From: a virus
Taxonomy: Duplodnaviria; Caudoviricetes
IMG/VR virus record: IMGVR_UViG_2859895461_000003
Span: 25,376 to 89,375 of that record
Strand: one strand, 5' to 3'
DNA: 64,000 nt
The notes under the pieces are model-generated. The model was not told the DNA's origin and did no database searches. It was given only the letters and a program-made list of their open reading frames with translations. Positions 50,723-63,100 of this stretch are shown here, one piece after another. Made by a program: the position numbers and the translations under genes. Every line of letters starts with the position of its first letter. Within the stretch, counting starts at the first letter, position 1.

Positions 50723-52975
50723 TTATTTTTCATTAGATTCATTATTTTTTACTAAATTTCCACCTAATAAATAAACACCTTGAAGAGTAGCAAAATTTAC
50801 TTTAAGTTCGCTATTATCAGGCCATTGTACAGCACCAACGCATTGATTAGAAAATTCCTGAATCCCTGGCAGAACCTCGAAGTTATTATTTATATTAGCA
50901 TTAATGATATCTTTAAGCATATTAGGTAAAGTAGCACCTAAAATATATCCAAATGATGATGCTATACCAGCTGCAAGTTTTATACCAAATATCTTAAGTC
51001 TTTCACCCATTGGTTTTACTGTATTCTTCATTAACAATAGAGATTCTGAACTAGTTGAACCAGTAACTGACATAGTAGCATCTATCTCATTCCATGCTTC
51101 CTTAGAGTTCTTAATTCTAATATTTTTTAATTGTACTGAATCTGTACCCATGTTATCCCAAAAATATTTTGCTTCTGAACTATTTAGATTTATACTTACC
51201 TTCTTATTTCCCTTTTTAACTTTGGATTTTAAAAAGTTGAATAACTTATTACCTACAACTTGGAATGCTGCTCCTAATAGTACACCAGCAAAGAGACCTA
51301 CTACACCTGAAATTACAGCATCTTCCTGAATTTTCCAAGCTTCTTCTGTTACCATATAACTTAAGCTAGGTTCACCATCTTCTACAAGGATAGGCTTATA
51401 CTCATTGTTAACTTCTTTTAAAGTAAGTTTATATGCTTGTCGATAATTAAAATGTCCTGTTACACCTTTTACTTGTTCCCAAGTTGCGTCGGTTATTTCT
51501 ATAACAACTCTATTGTTTTGAATTGCTAACTTAAAATTATTTTTTTCAATTAATGCATCAACGTCTCTATCACCAGCTTTAATTTTTCCAAAATTCATCT
51601 TTTCTTTATTAGTTATCATTAGGTTATCTGTATATATTTCAAAAGCATCTAAATTATCAGTTTGTGTAGCTTGAAGACCAGTTAACAAAAAGTGTTTTAG
51701 AAATTCAGGCATGCTAAGTGCAAAAGCAGACTGTGTATTTGCTAATTCTAGAAACCTATTATCTACCGCATGATTTGGTCTAGCATTTTTATGATTTTCT
51801 ACCATAGCCATTGCCGCAAAAGTACTTGCATCTAAATCTGGGATTTCTTTATTGCCATCAGATATTGTTACACTTGATGATCCATAAGAAATTTGAGTAG
51901 GTTTTAACCATTGATAATTAGGGTCATTAGCTGTCTCATTTAAAAGTATATATGCAAATATTTGTTCAAATTTTTTTATATTAACGTTAAACCATTTTCT
52001 AAAGGCTAGTTCTAACATACTGCTATCCTCTGGATAAATTTCATTATTAATATCAGTTATTTTAGAACCAACGATTATAACAGCGTTAAGGTCATCTGTA
52101 GTTTCTGTTTTTACTTTTAAATTGAATTGTTGTCCATTATTTAATCCAGTAGGATCAGTCATAGTTGTCTTGGAATCAAAATATTTTAAATCGACTTGGA
52201 TTGTTATAGAATCATCAGGACCGGCTGTATATATATCTTCATTAATTGTATAATTTGCTGATTCTATGGGGCATTTAAATCTAATGTTTTGTCCATCTGC
52301 ACCTGTAGTCATTTGCCAAGGGCCAAAAGTACCATCTATTGTAAATTCATTTCTCCTTACTTTCATATATTGGTAAAATTTTTTTTCATATAGATTATCT
52401 TTCTTAATAAATTCATTCATAGTTTTATATGATACTGAACTTTCAATATCCCATCCTAATAAACTTAAATCCCCTTCAACTCTAGTTTGAATTCTAGATT
52501 TATTAATAAATAACTCTGGATATTTAAGATTATCTTTAAACCAAGAAAGTATTAACTTATCTAAATGATGAGCTATAATTAAATCGTCTTCCGAAACATT
52601 TAAAGAATTATCTTTAATATAGAGTGATGAACTATCTTTACATATTGAATAAGTGCCATCTGAATTAGGCTTAATTGTCATACAAACTTTTATTTGAACA
52701 TTTTTTAAAGAATGTTTTTCAGAAGAATCTTTTGTGCATAGTTCTAAATAACCATTGTCAATTATGCATTTTAGAACAGGGTGAGGTCCTTCAGCTTCAT
52801 CTGTTAGATCCCATGATTTCCAGGTGGCATTTAATGTGGATTTAAAAATTCCTCCTCCGTTTAATTCTTTAAAGAAAGTTTTAGGCACAATTTCATTTAT
52901 AGAATAATTTTCTTTTGTATTTTTTAAAATTGTTTTTCCCCAATCGTAATATATAAATGGTTTTAAATTATTCAT
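50723..52975 (-). CDS. orfX2: Neurotoxin cluster protein OrfX2
   Basis: MNNLKPFIYYDW start behind GGGAGG RBS, 750 aa. Confidence 0.95.
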   Translation of the reverse strand: MNNLKPFIYYDWGKTILKNTKENYSINEIVPKTFFKELNGGGIFKSTLNATWKSWDLTDEAEGPHPVLKCIIDNGYLELCTKDSSEKHSLKNVQIKVCMTIKPNSDGTYSICKDSSSLYIKDNSLNVSEDDLIIAHHLDKLILSWFKDNLKYPELFINKSRIQTRVEGDLSLLGWDIESSVSYKTMNEFIKKDNLYEKKFYQYMKVRRNEFTIDGTFGPWQMTTGADGQNIRFKCPIESANYTINEDIYTAGPDDSITIQVDLKYFDSKTTMTDPTGLNNGQQFNLKVKTETTDDLNAVIIVGSKITDINNEIYPEDSSMLELAFRKWFNVNIKKFEQIFAYILLNETANDPNYQWLKPTQISYGSSSVTISDGNKEIPDLDASTFAAMAMVENHKNARPNHAVDNRFLELANTQSAFALSMPEFLKHFLLTGLQATQTDNLDAFEIYTDNLMITNKEKMNFGKIKAGDRDVDALIEKNNFKLAIQNNRVVIEITDATWEQVKGVTGHFNYRQAYKLTLKEVNNEYKPILVEDGEPSLSYMVTEEAWKIQEDAVISGVVGLFAGVLLGAAFQVVGNKLFNFLKSKVKKGNKKVSINLNSSEAKYFWDNMGTDSVQLKNIRIKNSKEAWNEIDATMSVTGSTSSESLLLMKNTVKPMGERLKIFGIKLAAGIASSFGYILGATLPNMLKDIINANINNNFEVLPGIQEFSNQCVGAVQWPDNSELKVNFATLQGVYLLGGNLVKNNESNEK

Positions 52976-52988
52976 TGATATTCCTCCC

Positions 52989-53417
52989 TTATGCGATTTG
53001 CAATAAATTTTCTTCATTTCCTAATAAAATAGACAATAACAATCTATTGAGTATTATTTCTTCTAAAAATCCATTCTTAGTTATTTTTTTATTAATATCT
53101 TCATTAATGATATATAAGTTGAATCTATTTTCTAAATGTTTATTTTTTATATTTGTGAACTCATTCGGTTTTTTATTATTTGGTGAAGACAGTTTTAAAT
53201 AATCTTTTTTTAGAGCTATTAAGGATATTAAATCTTTTAAATCATATTTTTCTAAGATATCTCCAGATTTATTTTTTATATTAAGGTAACCTCCAATAAA
53301 TTTAATCTTGAAGTATTGATAATTAGGACTACAATTTTGATTTATTTTTTCTAAATGAATTAATCCACTAGAATTTGATAAAGTGTCATCAAAATTAAAA
53401 GAAAATGTTTGATTCAT
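52989..53417 (-). CDS. orfX1: Neurotoxin cluster protein OrfX1
   Basis: 142 aa MNQTFSFNFDDTLS. Confidence 0.95.
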   Translation of the reverse strand: MNQTFSFNFDDTLSNSSGLIHLEKINQNCSPNYQYFKIKFIGGYLNIKNKSGDILEKYDLKDLISLIALKKDYLKLSSPNNKKPNEFTNIKNKHLENRFNLYIINEDINKKITKNGFLEEIILNRLLLSILLGNEENLLQIA

Positions 53418-53441
53418 ATTATACCTCCTTTTTTATTGCTT

Positions 53442-54602
53442 AGTTGTGTTAAGTTATATGAATATTGATTTCTCTTGACCTTATTGGGACATAATAGTTT
53501 CACCATAAAATCATTACCTCCCAGAAAGGAGAGAAGCATCAATGAACAAAGCTAGTAAAATTTATTGTTCTAAATGCCATAGTAATAATATTTAAAAAAT
53601 TGGTAAAGTAAAGATATAAGCTAGAAATATCAATGGAAAGAGTGCAAGGAATAACTCGAACCTGCGGAGCAGAAGTATCAGCTTATTTGTTATCCTCTTT
53701 GTACTTTGTGGCAAAGGAACATTTATTCATCACAATTACTCAAATTACATTAATTATTGTTGTAACGATAAAAAGTGTAATCATATTTTCTTTGTAGTGA
53801 AGCCTATGGCTATAACTGCCTTCAAGTAATAATACTATATATGTCAAATTAGATTTTAAAGGTATGAGATTCCCACTCCATATTATTTTAATGGCATTGG
53901 ACCTTTATTTCCTTAATTAAATTTTTACAAGAAGTACTTCTCAATATTTACCTAAATTGTTTAATGTAAAAGTATCTCATGTAACTATTGCAAATTGAAC
54001 TGAAAAGTTAGCTACCTATTTCCGATTAAAATCTAATGCTCTTATTAAAAGGGATTAGCTTATCAGATTATGATGAATGGCATACAGATGAAACTATTAT
54101 ATTTATAAATATTAAACGTCATTATCTATGGCTTGTAATTGATCCTGAAAGTCGTCTTATTATTTCTTATCATTTATCATCATATAGAAATACATAGAAA
54201 ACTTTTATCTTATTCAATTATGCTAGGGAATTTGGCTCTCCTAGAGCTATAATTACTGACAGGTCTCTTTCTTGCAATGTAACAATAGAATTAATATTTT
54301 AAGATACTATTCACATAAAAGTTCAATTTTTTAATAAAATATTTAAATCCTAGTATAAAGGATTAAGGGGGGTTAATTCCTTTGATGTTGCTAACAAATT
54401 AATATCTATATTTATATTTCATTATAGCTTTCTACGTTAACACTATTCATGACATGATTTATCACCTACAGGGGTAATTGAAATTATTTATTCATCTAAA
54501 GCTAAAAAGAATTGATTGTTAGCTGCCTAATGGCATACTCTATCGCTTTGTTTCAATCTACTTATTTTTCAAACTACTTTTTCATAATTACTTAACACAA
54601 CT
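53442..54602 (+). mobile_element. Degenerate IS6-family element
   Basis: 13-bp terminal IR AGTTGTGTTAAGT; frameshifted transposase fragments FKGMRFP, VKVSHVTI, EWHTDET, YLWLVID. Confidence 0.8.
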
Positions 54603-54614
54603 GTTTATATATAT

Positions 54615-54643
54615 ATTAACATCTCTATATTATTTTTTGTAAA
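54615..54643 (-). promoter_or_regulatory. BotR-type promoter for orfX operon
   Basis: Minus-strand TTTACA-17-GTTAAT. Confidence 0.65.
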
Positions 54644-54656
54644 CCTAAAATATAAA

Positions 54657-55211
54657 TTATATATTAATAAGTTCTTTTAATATAGGCTTTAGCTTTTCTA
54701 ATGCTAAATTTTTATTTTTATATACAGATTGGCGGCTTATCTTGAGTTTTTTAGCTATGTCAATATCTTTCATATCTTTAAAAAATTTCATATATATAAT
54801 ATTTTGTTGAGTGTTAGGTAATATAGATATTAAATCTTTAAATTCAAATTCTATATCATTAAAGCAACTATCCTGTATTAAATTTAAATTTATATCTGTA
54901 ATTTCTGAATTGTATATAATTTTTTTGTCTCTATTCTTTTTCATACAAATAGATAAACAATATCTTTTTAAACATTTACTAATATATTTATTTAAATCAT
55001 TTTCGGTGTTAAATTTATTTAAATCAGCTTTTATTAGAATAATCCAAAAATGATTTAGTATATCATTGTAATTCTCAGATAAGTTATATTTTTTAATAAA
55101 TATATCTATAAGATCTTTATAGTTCATATAAATGTCTTCAAATTTTTTATTATCATCTTTTAATATTTTTATTATAAAGAATAAATTTTTTATTGTTTTC
55201 ACCTCATCCAT
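54657..55211 (-). CDS. botR: Alternative sigma factor BotR
   Basis: Sigma region 4 IAKKLKISRQSVYK; RBS-proximal codon is ATA at 55193. Confidence 0.93.
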   Translation of the reverse strand: MDEVKTIKNLFFIIKILKDDNKKFEDIYMNYKDLIDIFIKKYNLSENYNDILNHFWIILIKADLNKFNTENDLNKYISKCLKRYCLSICMKKNRDKKIIYNSEITDINLNLIQDSCFNDIEFEFKDLISILPNTQQNIIYMKFFKDMKDIDIAKKLKISRQSVYKNKNLALEKLKPILKELINI

Positions 55212-55325
55212 TTTTTAAGATTTAATTCTATATTATATACTTAAAAAGTAAATTAATCAATATTATCCAATATTTATTAATATTGTATAATATTCATTAA
55301 TATACTTAAAAAGTAAATTAATAAG

Positions 55326-55354
55326 TTTACAAAAATTGATTTAGTTAAGTTATA
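55326..55354 (+). promoter_or_regulatory. BotR-type promoter for p47-ntnh-bont
   Basis: TTTACA-17-GTTATA consensus. Confidence 0.8.
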
Positions 55355-55390
55355 TATTTATGTAACTTAAAATAAAAGGGGTGAATTTAT

Positions 55391-56641
55391 ATGAATACTT
55401 ATGGTTGGGATATTGTCTATGGCTGTAGTAAAAGAGTTGTAAATAAACATTTAGAAGAGTATATTACTAAGAATAAAGTCGAGTTTCTATATTCTAGTAC
55501 AGCTAAAAAACAGGAAATAAAAATGTTTTTTGATAATTGGGAAATTATTAATGGAGGATCATCAAACTTTTTAAGAATTAAGACACCAATCAAGGAAGGA
55601 TACTTTAAAGTTAAAAATACAACAATAGATTTAAGTGGTGTTAATCCAATTCTAGAAATAAAGTTAGATTTTTTTAATGATACTTCAAATCCTAATATTA
55701 AGGAACTTAAATTTAATTTTGGATCTGAGTCTAATGATGATATTAAGATTATAGTATCAGATCTTAATGGGAAATTACAGGAAGAGGACGAGTTTTATTT
55801 TAATAAATTATTAATAAATGCTTTTATTCAAAATGAAAAACAGATTTCCTATATATTTGCTAGTTTAAATGTTACATCTGACATAGAATGGATGAATCCT
55901 AAGCAATTTAAATTTGTATATTACTCTCCAACTGATAATAGTGATGGATATCTATTTATTTTATCAGTAGTAACTAACAGAGATATTTCTAAATTAAGTG
56001 CTAATGTTGACGGAAATATTTTAGGAAATAATAGTGAGGTAGGATTACTTATATCTGAAAAATTATTTTTGCAAAACTTAGCTTTACCTAAACTTTCAAG
56101 TAATATGGGATCTAATATAAATAAAAATAATTTTGAAGTTATAAGTACTTCTGATACTACAGGTAGAATTGTAAATAATAGTACCTTAAATTGGTATGGA
56201 CTTAAAGTTGCCGCACTTTACTATTATCCTAAAATAAATAATTTTTCTATGCAATTATTTGAAGGAAATAAATTGAAGATATCATTAAGAGGATTAGTAA
56301 GGCTTACTGGATTAGAGGCTGTATATTCAGATTTTGAAATACAAAGTATTAATAAATTCGTATATAATTCTACAAATAAGAAAGCATATTTTGAAGTTGA
56401 TAAGAATCCTACATCTAGTTATAAATATCATTTATTCCCGGGTGATTTGATATCTTTAGCTGTGTTAAGTTCTGTGACACATTGGTCTATAAAAAGTATT
56501 GAAGGGGCATTAGGATTTGAATTAATAAATAATTTTGTAGATTTAATAAATAATACTATAAAATGGAATAATCTAAAAATTTCACAGGTTACTAATGTAA
56601 CCTTAAATGTTGGATTTTGTATACAAGGAAATGAAAATTAA
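55391..56641 (+). CDS. p47: P47 protein
   Basis: 416 aa MNTYGWDIVYGCS. Confidence 0.95.
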   Translation: MNTYGWDIVYGCSKRVVNKHLEEYITKNKVEFLYSSTAKKQEIKMFFDNWEIINGGSSNFLRIKTPIKEGYFKVKNTTIDLSGVNPILEIKLDFFNDTSNPNIKELKFNFGSESNDDIKIIVSDLNGKLQEEDEFYFNKLLINAFIQNEKQISYIFASLNVTSDIEWMNPKQFKFVYYSPTDNSDGYLFILSVVTNRDISKLSANVDGNILGNNSEVGLLISEKLFLQNLALPKLSSNMGSNINKNNFEVISTSDTTGRIVNNSTLNWYGLKVAALYYYPKINNFSMQLFEGNKLKISLRGLVRLTGLEAVYSDFEIQSINKFVYNSTNKKAYFEVDKNPTSSYKYHLFPGDLISLAVLSSVTHWSIKSIEGALGFELINNFVDLINNTIKWNNLKISQVTNVTLNVGFCIQGNEN

Positions 56642-56656
56642 AGAAGGTGAGAGTAT

Positions 56657-59600
56657 ATGAAAATAAATAATAATTTTAATATTGATTCTCTAGTAGATAA
56701 TAAAGATGTAGCAATTGTTAGGGGGAGAAAAACAGATACTTTTTTTAAAGTATTTCAAGTGGCTCCTAATATTTGGGTTGCCCCAGAAAGATATTATGGA
56801 GAATCATTAAATATAAATGAAGATCAAAAATCTGATGGAGGAATCTATGATCCTAATTTTCTTTTAACAAATGACGAAAAAGATGAATTTTTACAAGCAA
56901 CTGTTAAGATATTACAAAGAATAAATAATAATGTTATAGGTGCAAAGTTATTATCTTTAATTTCCACAGCTATTCCTTTCCCTTATGAATATAAACCTGG
57001 AGATTATAGACAAACTAATTATTTAGTATCTAAAGATAATCAACATTATTATACAGCTAACTTAGTTATTTTTGGACCAGGAACAAATATAGTAGAAAAT
57101 AATGCTGTTTATTATAAAAAGGAAGATTCAGAAAATGGTATGGGAACTATGTCTGAAATATGGTTTCAACCATTTTTAACATACAAATATGATCAACTTT
57201 ATGTTGATCCTGCTTTAGAGTTAATAAAATGCTTAATAAAATCTCTTTATTATTTATATGGAATAAAACCTAGTGATGATTTAAGTATTCCATATAGATT
57301 AAGAAGTGAACTTAATAGTTTGGAATATTCAGAGTTAGATATGGTTGATTTTTTAATATCAGGCGGAACTGAATATAAACTTTTAGATACTAATCCTTAT
57401 TGGTTTACAGATAATTATTTTATTGATGCTCCGAAAAACTTTGAAAAATATAAAAATGATTACGAAACAAAAATTAAAAATAATAATGATATTGCTAATA
57501 GCATTAAATTATATTTAGAACAAAAATTTAAGATTAATGCACAAGATATATGGGAGCTAAATTTAAGCTATTTTTCTACAGAATTTGGAATTATGATGCC
57601 AGAAATATTTAATAATGCCCTTAATCATTATTATAGAAAAGAATATTATGTAATAGATTATTTTAAAAATTACAATATAAATGGTTTTATAAATGGTCAA
57701 ATTAAAACAATATTACCTTTATCAAAATATAATAAAAACATTACAAATAAGCCAGAATTAGTAGTTAACTTAATAAATGAAAATAATACTGTATTAATGA
57801 AAAGCAATGTTTATGGGGATGGCTTAAAAGGTACTATGGACAATTTTTATGCTGCTTATAAAATTCCCTATAACATAGGTGATGAATATCATATTAATTA
57901 TTCTTATTTAAATAATGTAAATGTCGAAGAAATAAATAATATTCCTCCTATCAATGATGCAGATATATATCCTTATAGAAAAAATTCTGACCCTTTTATA
58001 CCTGTATATAATATTACGGAAACCAAGGAAATTAATACTACTACTCCATTTTCAGTAAATTATTTACAGGCCCAAGTGACAAATAGTAATGATATTAGCT
58101 TATCATCAGATTTTTCAAAGGTAGTTTCTTCAAAAGATAGATCTTTAGTATATTCATTTTTAGACAATACAATAGATTATTTAGATTCTATAAAATATGA
58201 TGGACCTATTGATACAGATAAAAAATATTATTTATGGTTAAAAGAGATTTTTAGAAATTACTCTTTTGATATGACAGAAACCCAAGAAGTTAATACTTCA
58301 TATGGAATTAATAAAGTAGTACCATGGCTAGGTAAAGCTTTAAATATTTTAAACACAGGTAATTCTTTCATAGAAGAATTTAAAAGTTTAGGACCAATTT
58401 CTCTTATTAATAAAAAAGAAAATATAACTATGCCTAAAATAGGAATCGATGAAATACCTAATAGTATGTTGAATCTTTCATTTAAAGATTTAAGTGAAAA
58501 TTTATTTAATATATTTTTTAAAAACAACTCTTATTTTGAAAAAATCTACTATGACTTCTTAGATCAATGGTGGACACAATATTATAGTCAATATTTTGAT
58601 TTAATTTGTATGGCTAAAAGATCAGTGTTAGCTCAAGAAAGTTTAATAAAAAAAATAATACAAAAAAAATTGAGTTATTTAATAGGAAATTCTAATATAT
58701 CATCTGATAACTTAGCATTAATGAATTTAACAACAACAAATACATTAAGAGATATTTCAAACGAATCACAAATAGCAATGAATAATGTAGATAGTTTTTT
58801 AAATAGTGCCGCTATATGTGTTTTTGAAGGTAATATATATTCTAAGTTTATTTCTTTTATGGAACAATGTATTAATAATATAAATAAGAATACAAGAGAA
58901 TTTATACAAAAATGTACTAATATTACTGAAAATGAAAAATTACAATTGATTAACCAAAATATTTTTAGCAGCTTAGATTTTGATTTTTTAAACATTGAAA
59001 ATTTGAAAAGTTTATTTAATTCAGAGACAGCATTACTTATAAAAGAGGAAACTTCACCTTATGAATTAGTGTTATATGCTTTTCAGGAACCAGATAATAA
59101 TGCTATCGGAGATGCATCTGCTAAAAACACATCAATAGAATATTCTAAGGACATAGATTTAGTTTATGGAATAAATAGTGATGCATTATATTTAAATGGA
59201 TCTAATCAAAGTATAAGTTTTTCTAATGATTTCTTTGAGAATGGATTAACTAATAGTTTTTCAATTTATTTTTGGTTGAGAAATTTGGGCAAGGATACTA
59301 TTAAATCTAAGTTAATAGGTAGTAAGGAAGATAATTGTGGTTGGGAAATTTATTTTCAAGATACTGGGTTGGTTTTTAATATGATAGATTCTAATGGAAA
59401 TGAGAAGAATATATATCTATCTGATGTTTCTAATAATAGTTGGCACTATATAACTATATCTGTAGATCGTTTAAAAGAACAATTATTAATATTTATTGAT
59501 GATAATTTAGTGGCTAATGAAAGTATTAAAGAAATTTTAAATATCTATTCAAGTAATATAATTTCTTTATTAAGCGAGAATAATCCAAGTTATATTGAGG

Positions 59601-60148
59601 GATTAACTATTTTAAATAAACCCACTACAAGTCAGGAAGTTTTGAATAATTATTTTAAGGTTCTAAATAATTCATATATAAGGGACAGTAATGAAGAACG
59701 ATTAGAATACAATAAGACATATCAATTATATAATTATGTATTTTCAGATAAGCCTATATGTGAAGTTAAACAAAATAATAATATATATTTAACAATTAAT
59801 AATACAAACAATTTAAATCTACAACCTTCTAAATTTAAATTATTAAGTATCAATCCAAATAAACAATATGTTCAAAAATTTGATGAGGTAATAATTTCTG
59901 TATTAGATAATATGGAAAAATATATAGATATATCTGAAGATAATAGATTGCAATTAATAGATAACAAAAATAGCGCAAAGAAGATGATAATTAGTAATGA
60001 TATATTTATTTCTAATTGTTTAACTCTATCTTATGGCGATAAATATGTATGTTTATCTATGAAAGATGAAAACTATAATTGGATGATATGTAACAATGAA
60101 AGCAACATACCTAAAAAGGCATACTTATGGATATTGAAAGAAGTATAG
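56657..60148 (+). CDS. ntnh: Non-toxic non-haemagglutinin
   Basis: 1163 aa, [12 protein letters not shown], short form typical of orfX clusters. Confidence 0.97.
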   Translation: MKINNNFNIDSLVDNKDVAIVRGRKTDTFFKVFQVAPNIWVAPERYYGESLNINEDQKSDGGIYDPNFLLTNDEKDEFLQATVKILQRINNNVIGAKLLSLISTAIPFPYEYKPGDYRQTNYLVSKDNQHYYTANLVIFGPGTNIVENNAVYYKKEDSENGMGTMSEIWFQPFLTYKYDQLYVDPALELIKCLIKSLYYLYGIKPSDDLSIPYRLRSELNSLEYSELDMVDFLISGGTEYKLLDTNPYWFTDNYFIDAPKNFEKYKNDYETKIKNNNDIANSIKLYLEQKFKINAQDIWELNLSYFSTEFGIMMPEIFNNALNHYYRKEYYVIDYFKNYNINGFINGQIKTILPLSKYNKNITNKPELVVNLINENNTVLMKSNVYGDGLKGTMDNFYAAYKIPYNIGDEYHINYSYLNNVNVEEINNIPPINDADIYPYRKNSDPFIPVYNITETKEINTTTPFSVNYLQAQVTNSNDISLSSDFSKVVSSKDRSLVYSFLDNTIDYLDSIKYDGPIDTDKKYYLWLKEIFRNYSFDMTETQEVNTSYGINKVVPWLGKALNILNTGNSFIEEFKSLGPISLINKKENITMPKIGIDEIPNSMLNLSFKDLSENLFNIFFKNNSYFEKIYYDFLDQWWTQYYSQYFDLICMAKRSVLAQESLIKKIIQKKLSYLIGNSNISSDNLALMNLTTTNTLRDISNESQIAMNNVDSFLNSAAICVFEGNIYSKFISFMEQCINNINKNTREFIQKCTNITENEKLQLINQNIFSSLDFDFLNIENLKSLFNSETALLIKEETSPYELVLYAFQEPDNNAIGDASAKNTSIEYSKDIDLVYGINSDALYLNGSNQSISFSNDFFENGLTNSFSIYFWLRNLGKDTIKSKLIGSKEDNCGWEIYFQDTGLVFNMIDSNGNEKNIYLSDVSNNSWHYITISVDRLKEQLLIFIDDNLVANESIKEILNIYSSNIISLLSENNPSYIEGLTILNKPTTSQEVLNNYFKVLNNSYIRDSNEERLEYNKTYQLYNYVFSDKPICEVKQNNNIYLTINNTNNLNLQPSKFKLLSINPNKQYVQKFDEVIISVLDNMEKYIDISEDNRLQLIDNKNSAKKMIISNDIFISNCLTLSYGDKYVCLSMKDENYNWMICNNESNIPKKAYLWILKEV

Positions 60149-60160
60149 GGGGGGATTTTT

Positions 60161-63100
60161 ATGCCAGTTGTAATAAATAGTTTTAATTATAATGACCCTG
60201 TTAATGATGAGACAATTTTATACATGCAGAAACCATATGAAGAAAGAAGTAGAAAATATTATAAAGCTTTTGAGATTATGCCTAATGTTTGGATAATGCC
60301 TGAGAGAGATACAATAGGAACTAAGCCTGATGATTTTCAGGTGCCGGATTCATTAAAGAACGGAAGTAGTGCTTATTATGATCCTAATTATTTAACCACT
60401 GATGCTGAAAAAGATAGATATTTAAAAACAATGATAAAATTATTTAATAGAATTAATAGTAATCCTACAGGGAAAGTTTTGTTAGAAGAAGTATCAAATG
60501 CTAGACCATATTTAGGAGATGATGACACGCTAATTAATGAATTCTTTCCAGTTAATGTAACTACAAGTGTTAATATAAAATTTTCAACTGATGTTGAAAG
60601 TTCAATAATATCGAATCTTCTTGTATTGGGAGCAGGACCTGATATATTTAAAGCTTACTGTACCCCCCTTGTAAGGTTTAATAAGTCAGATAAATTAATT
60701 GAACCAAGTAATCATGGTTTTGGATCAATTAATATCTTGACATTTTCACCTGAGTATGAACATATTTTTAATGATATTAGTGGAGGGGATCACAATAGTA
60801 CAGAATCATTTATTGCAGATCCTGCAATTTCACTAGCTCATGAATTGATACATGCACTGCATGGATTATACGGGGCTAAGGCAGTTACTCATAAAGAGAC
60901 TATAGAAGTAAAGCGAGGACCTCTTATGATAGCCGAAAAGCCCATAAGGCTAGAAGAATTTTTAACTTTTGGAGGTGAGGATTTAAATATCATTCCTAGT
61001 GCTATGAAGGAAAAAATATATAACGATCTTTTAGCTAACTATGAAAAAATAGCTACTAGACTTAGAGAAGTTAATACGGCTCCTCCTGAATATGATATTA
61101 ATGAATATAAAGATTATTTTCAATGGAAGTATGGACTAGATAGAAATGCAGATGGAAGTTATACTGTGAATAGAAATAAATTTAATGGAATTTATAAAAA
61201 ATTATATAGCTTTACAGAGATTGACTTAGCAAATAAATTTAAAGTAAAATGTAGAAATACTTATTTTATTAAATATGGATTTGTAAAAGTTCCAGATTTG
61301 TTAGATGATGATATTTATACTGTATCAGAGGGGTTTAATATAGGTAATTTAGCAGTAAACAATCGCGGACAAAATATAAATTTAAATCCTAAAATTATTG
61401 ATTCCATTCCAGATAAAGGTTTAGTGGAAAAGATTATTAAATTTTGTAAGAGCATTATTCCTAGAAAAGGTACAAAGCAGTCACCGTCACTATGCATTAG
61501 AGTAAATAATAGGGAGTTATTTTTTGTAGCTTCAGAAAGTAGCTATAATGAAAGTGATATTAATACACCTAAAGAAATTGACGATACAACAAATCTAAAT
61601 AATAATTATAGAAATAATTTAGATGAAGTTATTTTAGATTATAATAGTGAGACAATACCTCAAATATCAAATCGAACATTAAATACACTTGTACAAGACA
61701 ATAGTTATGTGCCAAGATATGATTCTAATGGAACAAGTGAAATAGAGGAATATGATGTTGTTGACTTTAATGTATTTTTCTATTTACATGCACAAAAAGT
61801 ACCAGAAGGTGAAACCAATATAAGTTTAACTTCTTCAATTGATACAGCATTATTAGAAAAATCCAAAGTATATACATTTTTTTCTTCAGAGTTTATCGAT
61901 ACTATCAATGAATCTGTAAATGCAGCACTATTTATAGATTGGATAAACAAAGTAATAAGAGATTTTACCACTGAAGCTACACAAAAAAGTACTGTTGATA
62001 AGATTGCAGACATATCTTTAATTGTACCCTATGTAGGTCTTGCTTTGAATATAGTTATTGATGCAGAAAAAGGAAATTTTCAGGAGGCATTTGAATTATT
62101 AGGAGCGGGTATTTTATTAGAATTTGTGCCAGAGCTTACAATCCCTGTAATTTTAGTGTTTACGATAAAATCCTATATAGATTCATATGAGAATAAAAAT
62201 AAAGCAATTAAAGCAATAAATAATGCATTAATCGAAAGAGAAGCAAAGTGGAAAGAAATATATAGTTGGATAGTATCAAATTGGCTTACTAAAATTAATA
62301 CGCAATTTAATAAAAGAAAAGAGCAAATGTATCAGGCTTTACAAAATCAAGTAGATGCAATAAAAACAGCAATAGAATATAAATATAATAATTATACTTC
62401 AGATGAGAAAAATAGACTTGAATCTGAATATAATATCAATAATATAGAAGAAGAATTGAATAAAAAAGTTTCTTTAGCAATGAAAAATATAGAAAGATTT
62501 ATGACAGAAAGTTCTATATCTTATTTAATGAAATTAATAAATGAAGCCGAAGTTGGTAAATTAAAAAAATATGATAGACATGTTAAGAGCGATTTATTAG
62601 ACTATATTCTCTACCATAAATTAATCTTAGGAGATCAGACAAAGGAATTAATTGATTTGGTGACTAGTACTTTGAATAGTAGTATTCCATTTGAACTTTC
62701 TTCATATACTAATGATAAAATTCTAATTATATATTTTAATAGATTATATAAAAAAATTAAAGATAGTTCTATTTTAGATATGCGATATGAAAATAATAAA
62801 TTTATAGATATCTCTGGATATGGTTCAAATATAAGCATTAATGGAAACGTATATATTTATTCAACAAATAGAAATCAATTTGGAATATATAGTGATAGGC
62901 TTAGTGAAGTTAATATAGCTCAAAATAATGATATTATATACAATAGTAGATATCAAAATTTTAGTATTAGTTTCTGGGTAAGGATTCCTAAACACTACGG
63001 ACCTATGAATCGTAATCGGGAATACACTATAATAAATTGTATGGGGAATAATAATTCGGGATGGAAAATATCACTTAGAAATATTAGAGATTGTGAAATA

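Noticed and set aside
50904-51329. 141-aa plus-strand ORF in orfX2
   Set aside because: Antisense shadow of orfX2
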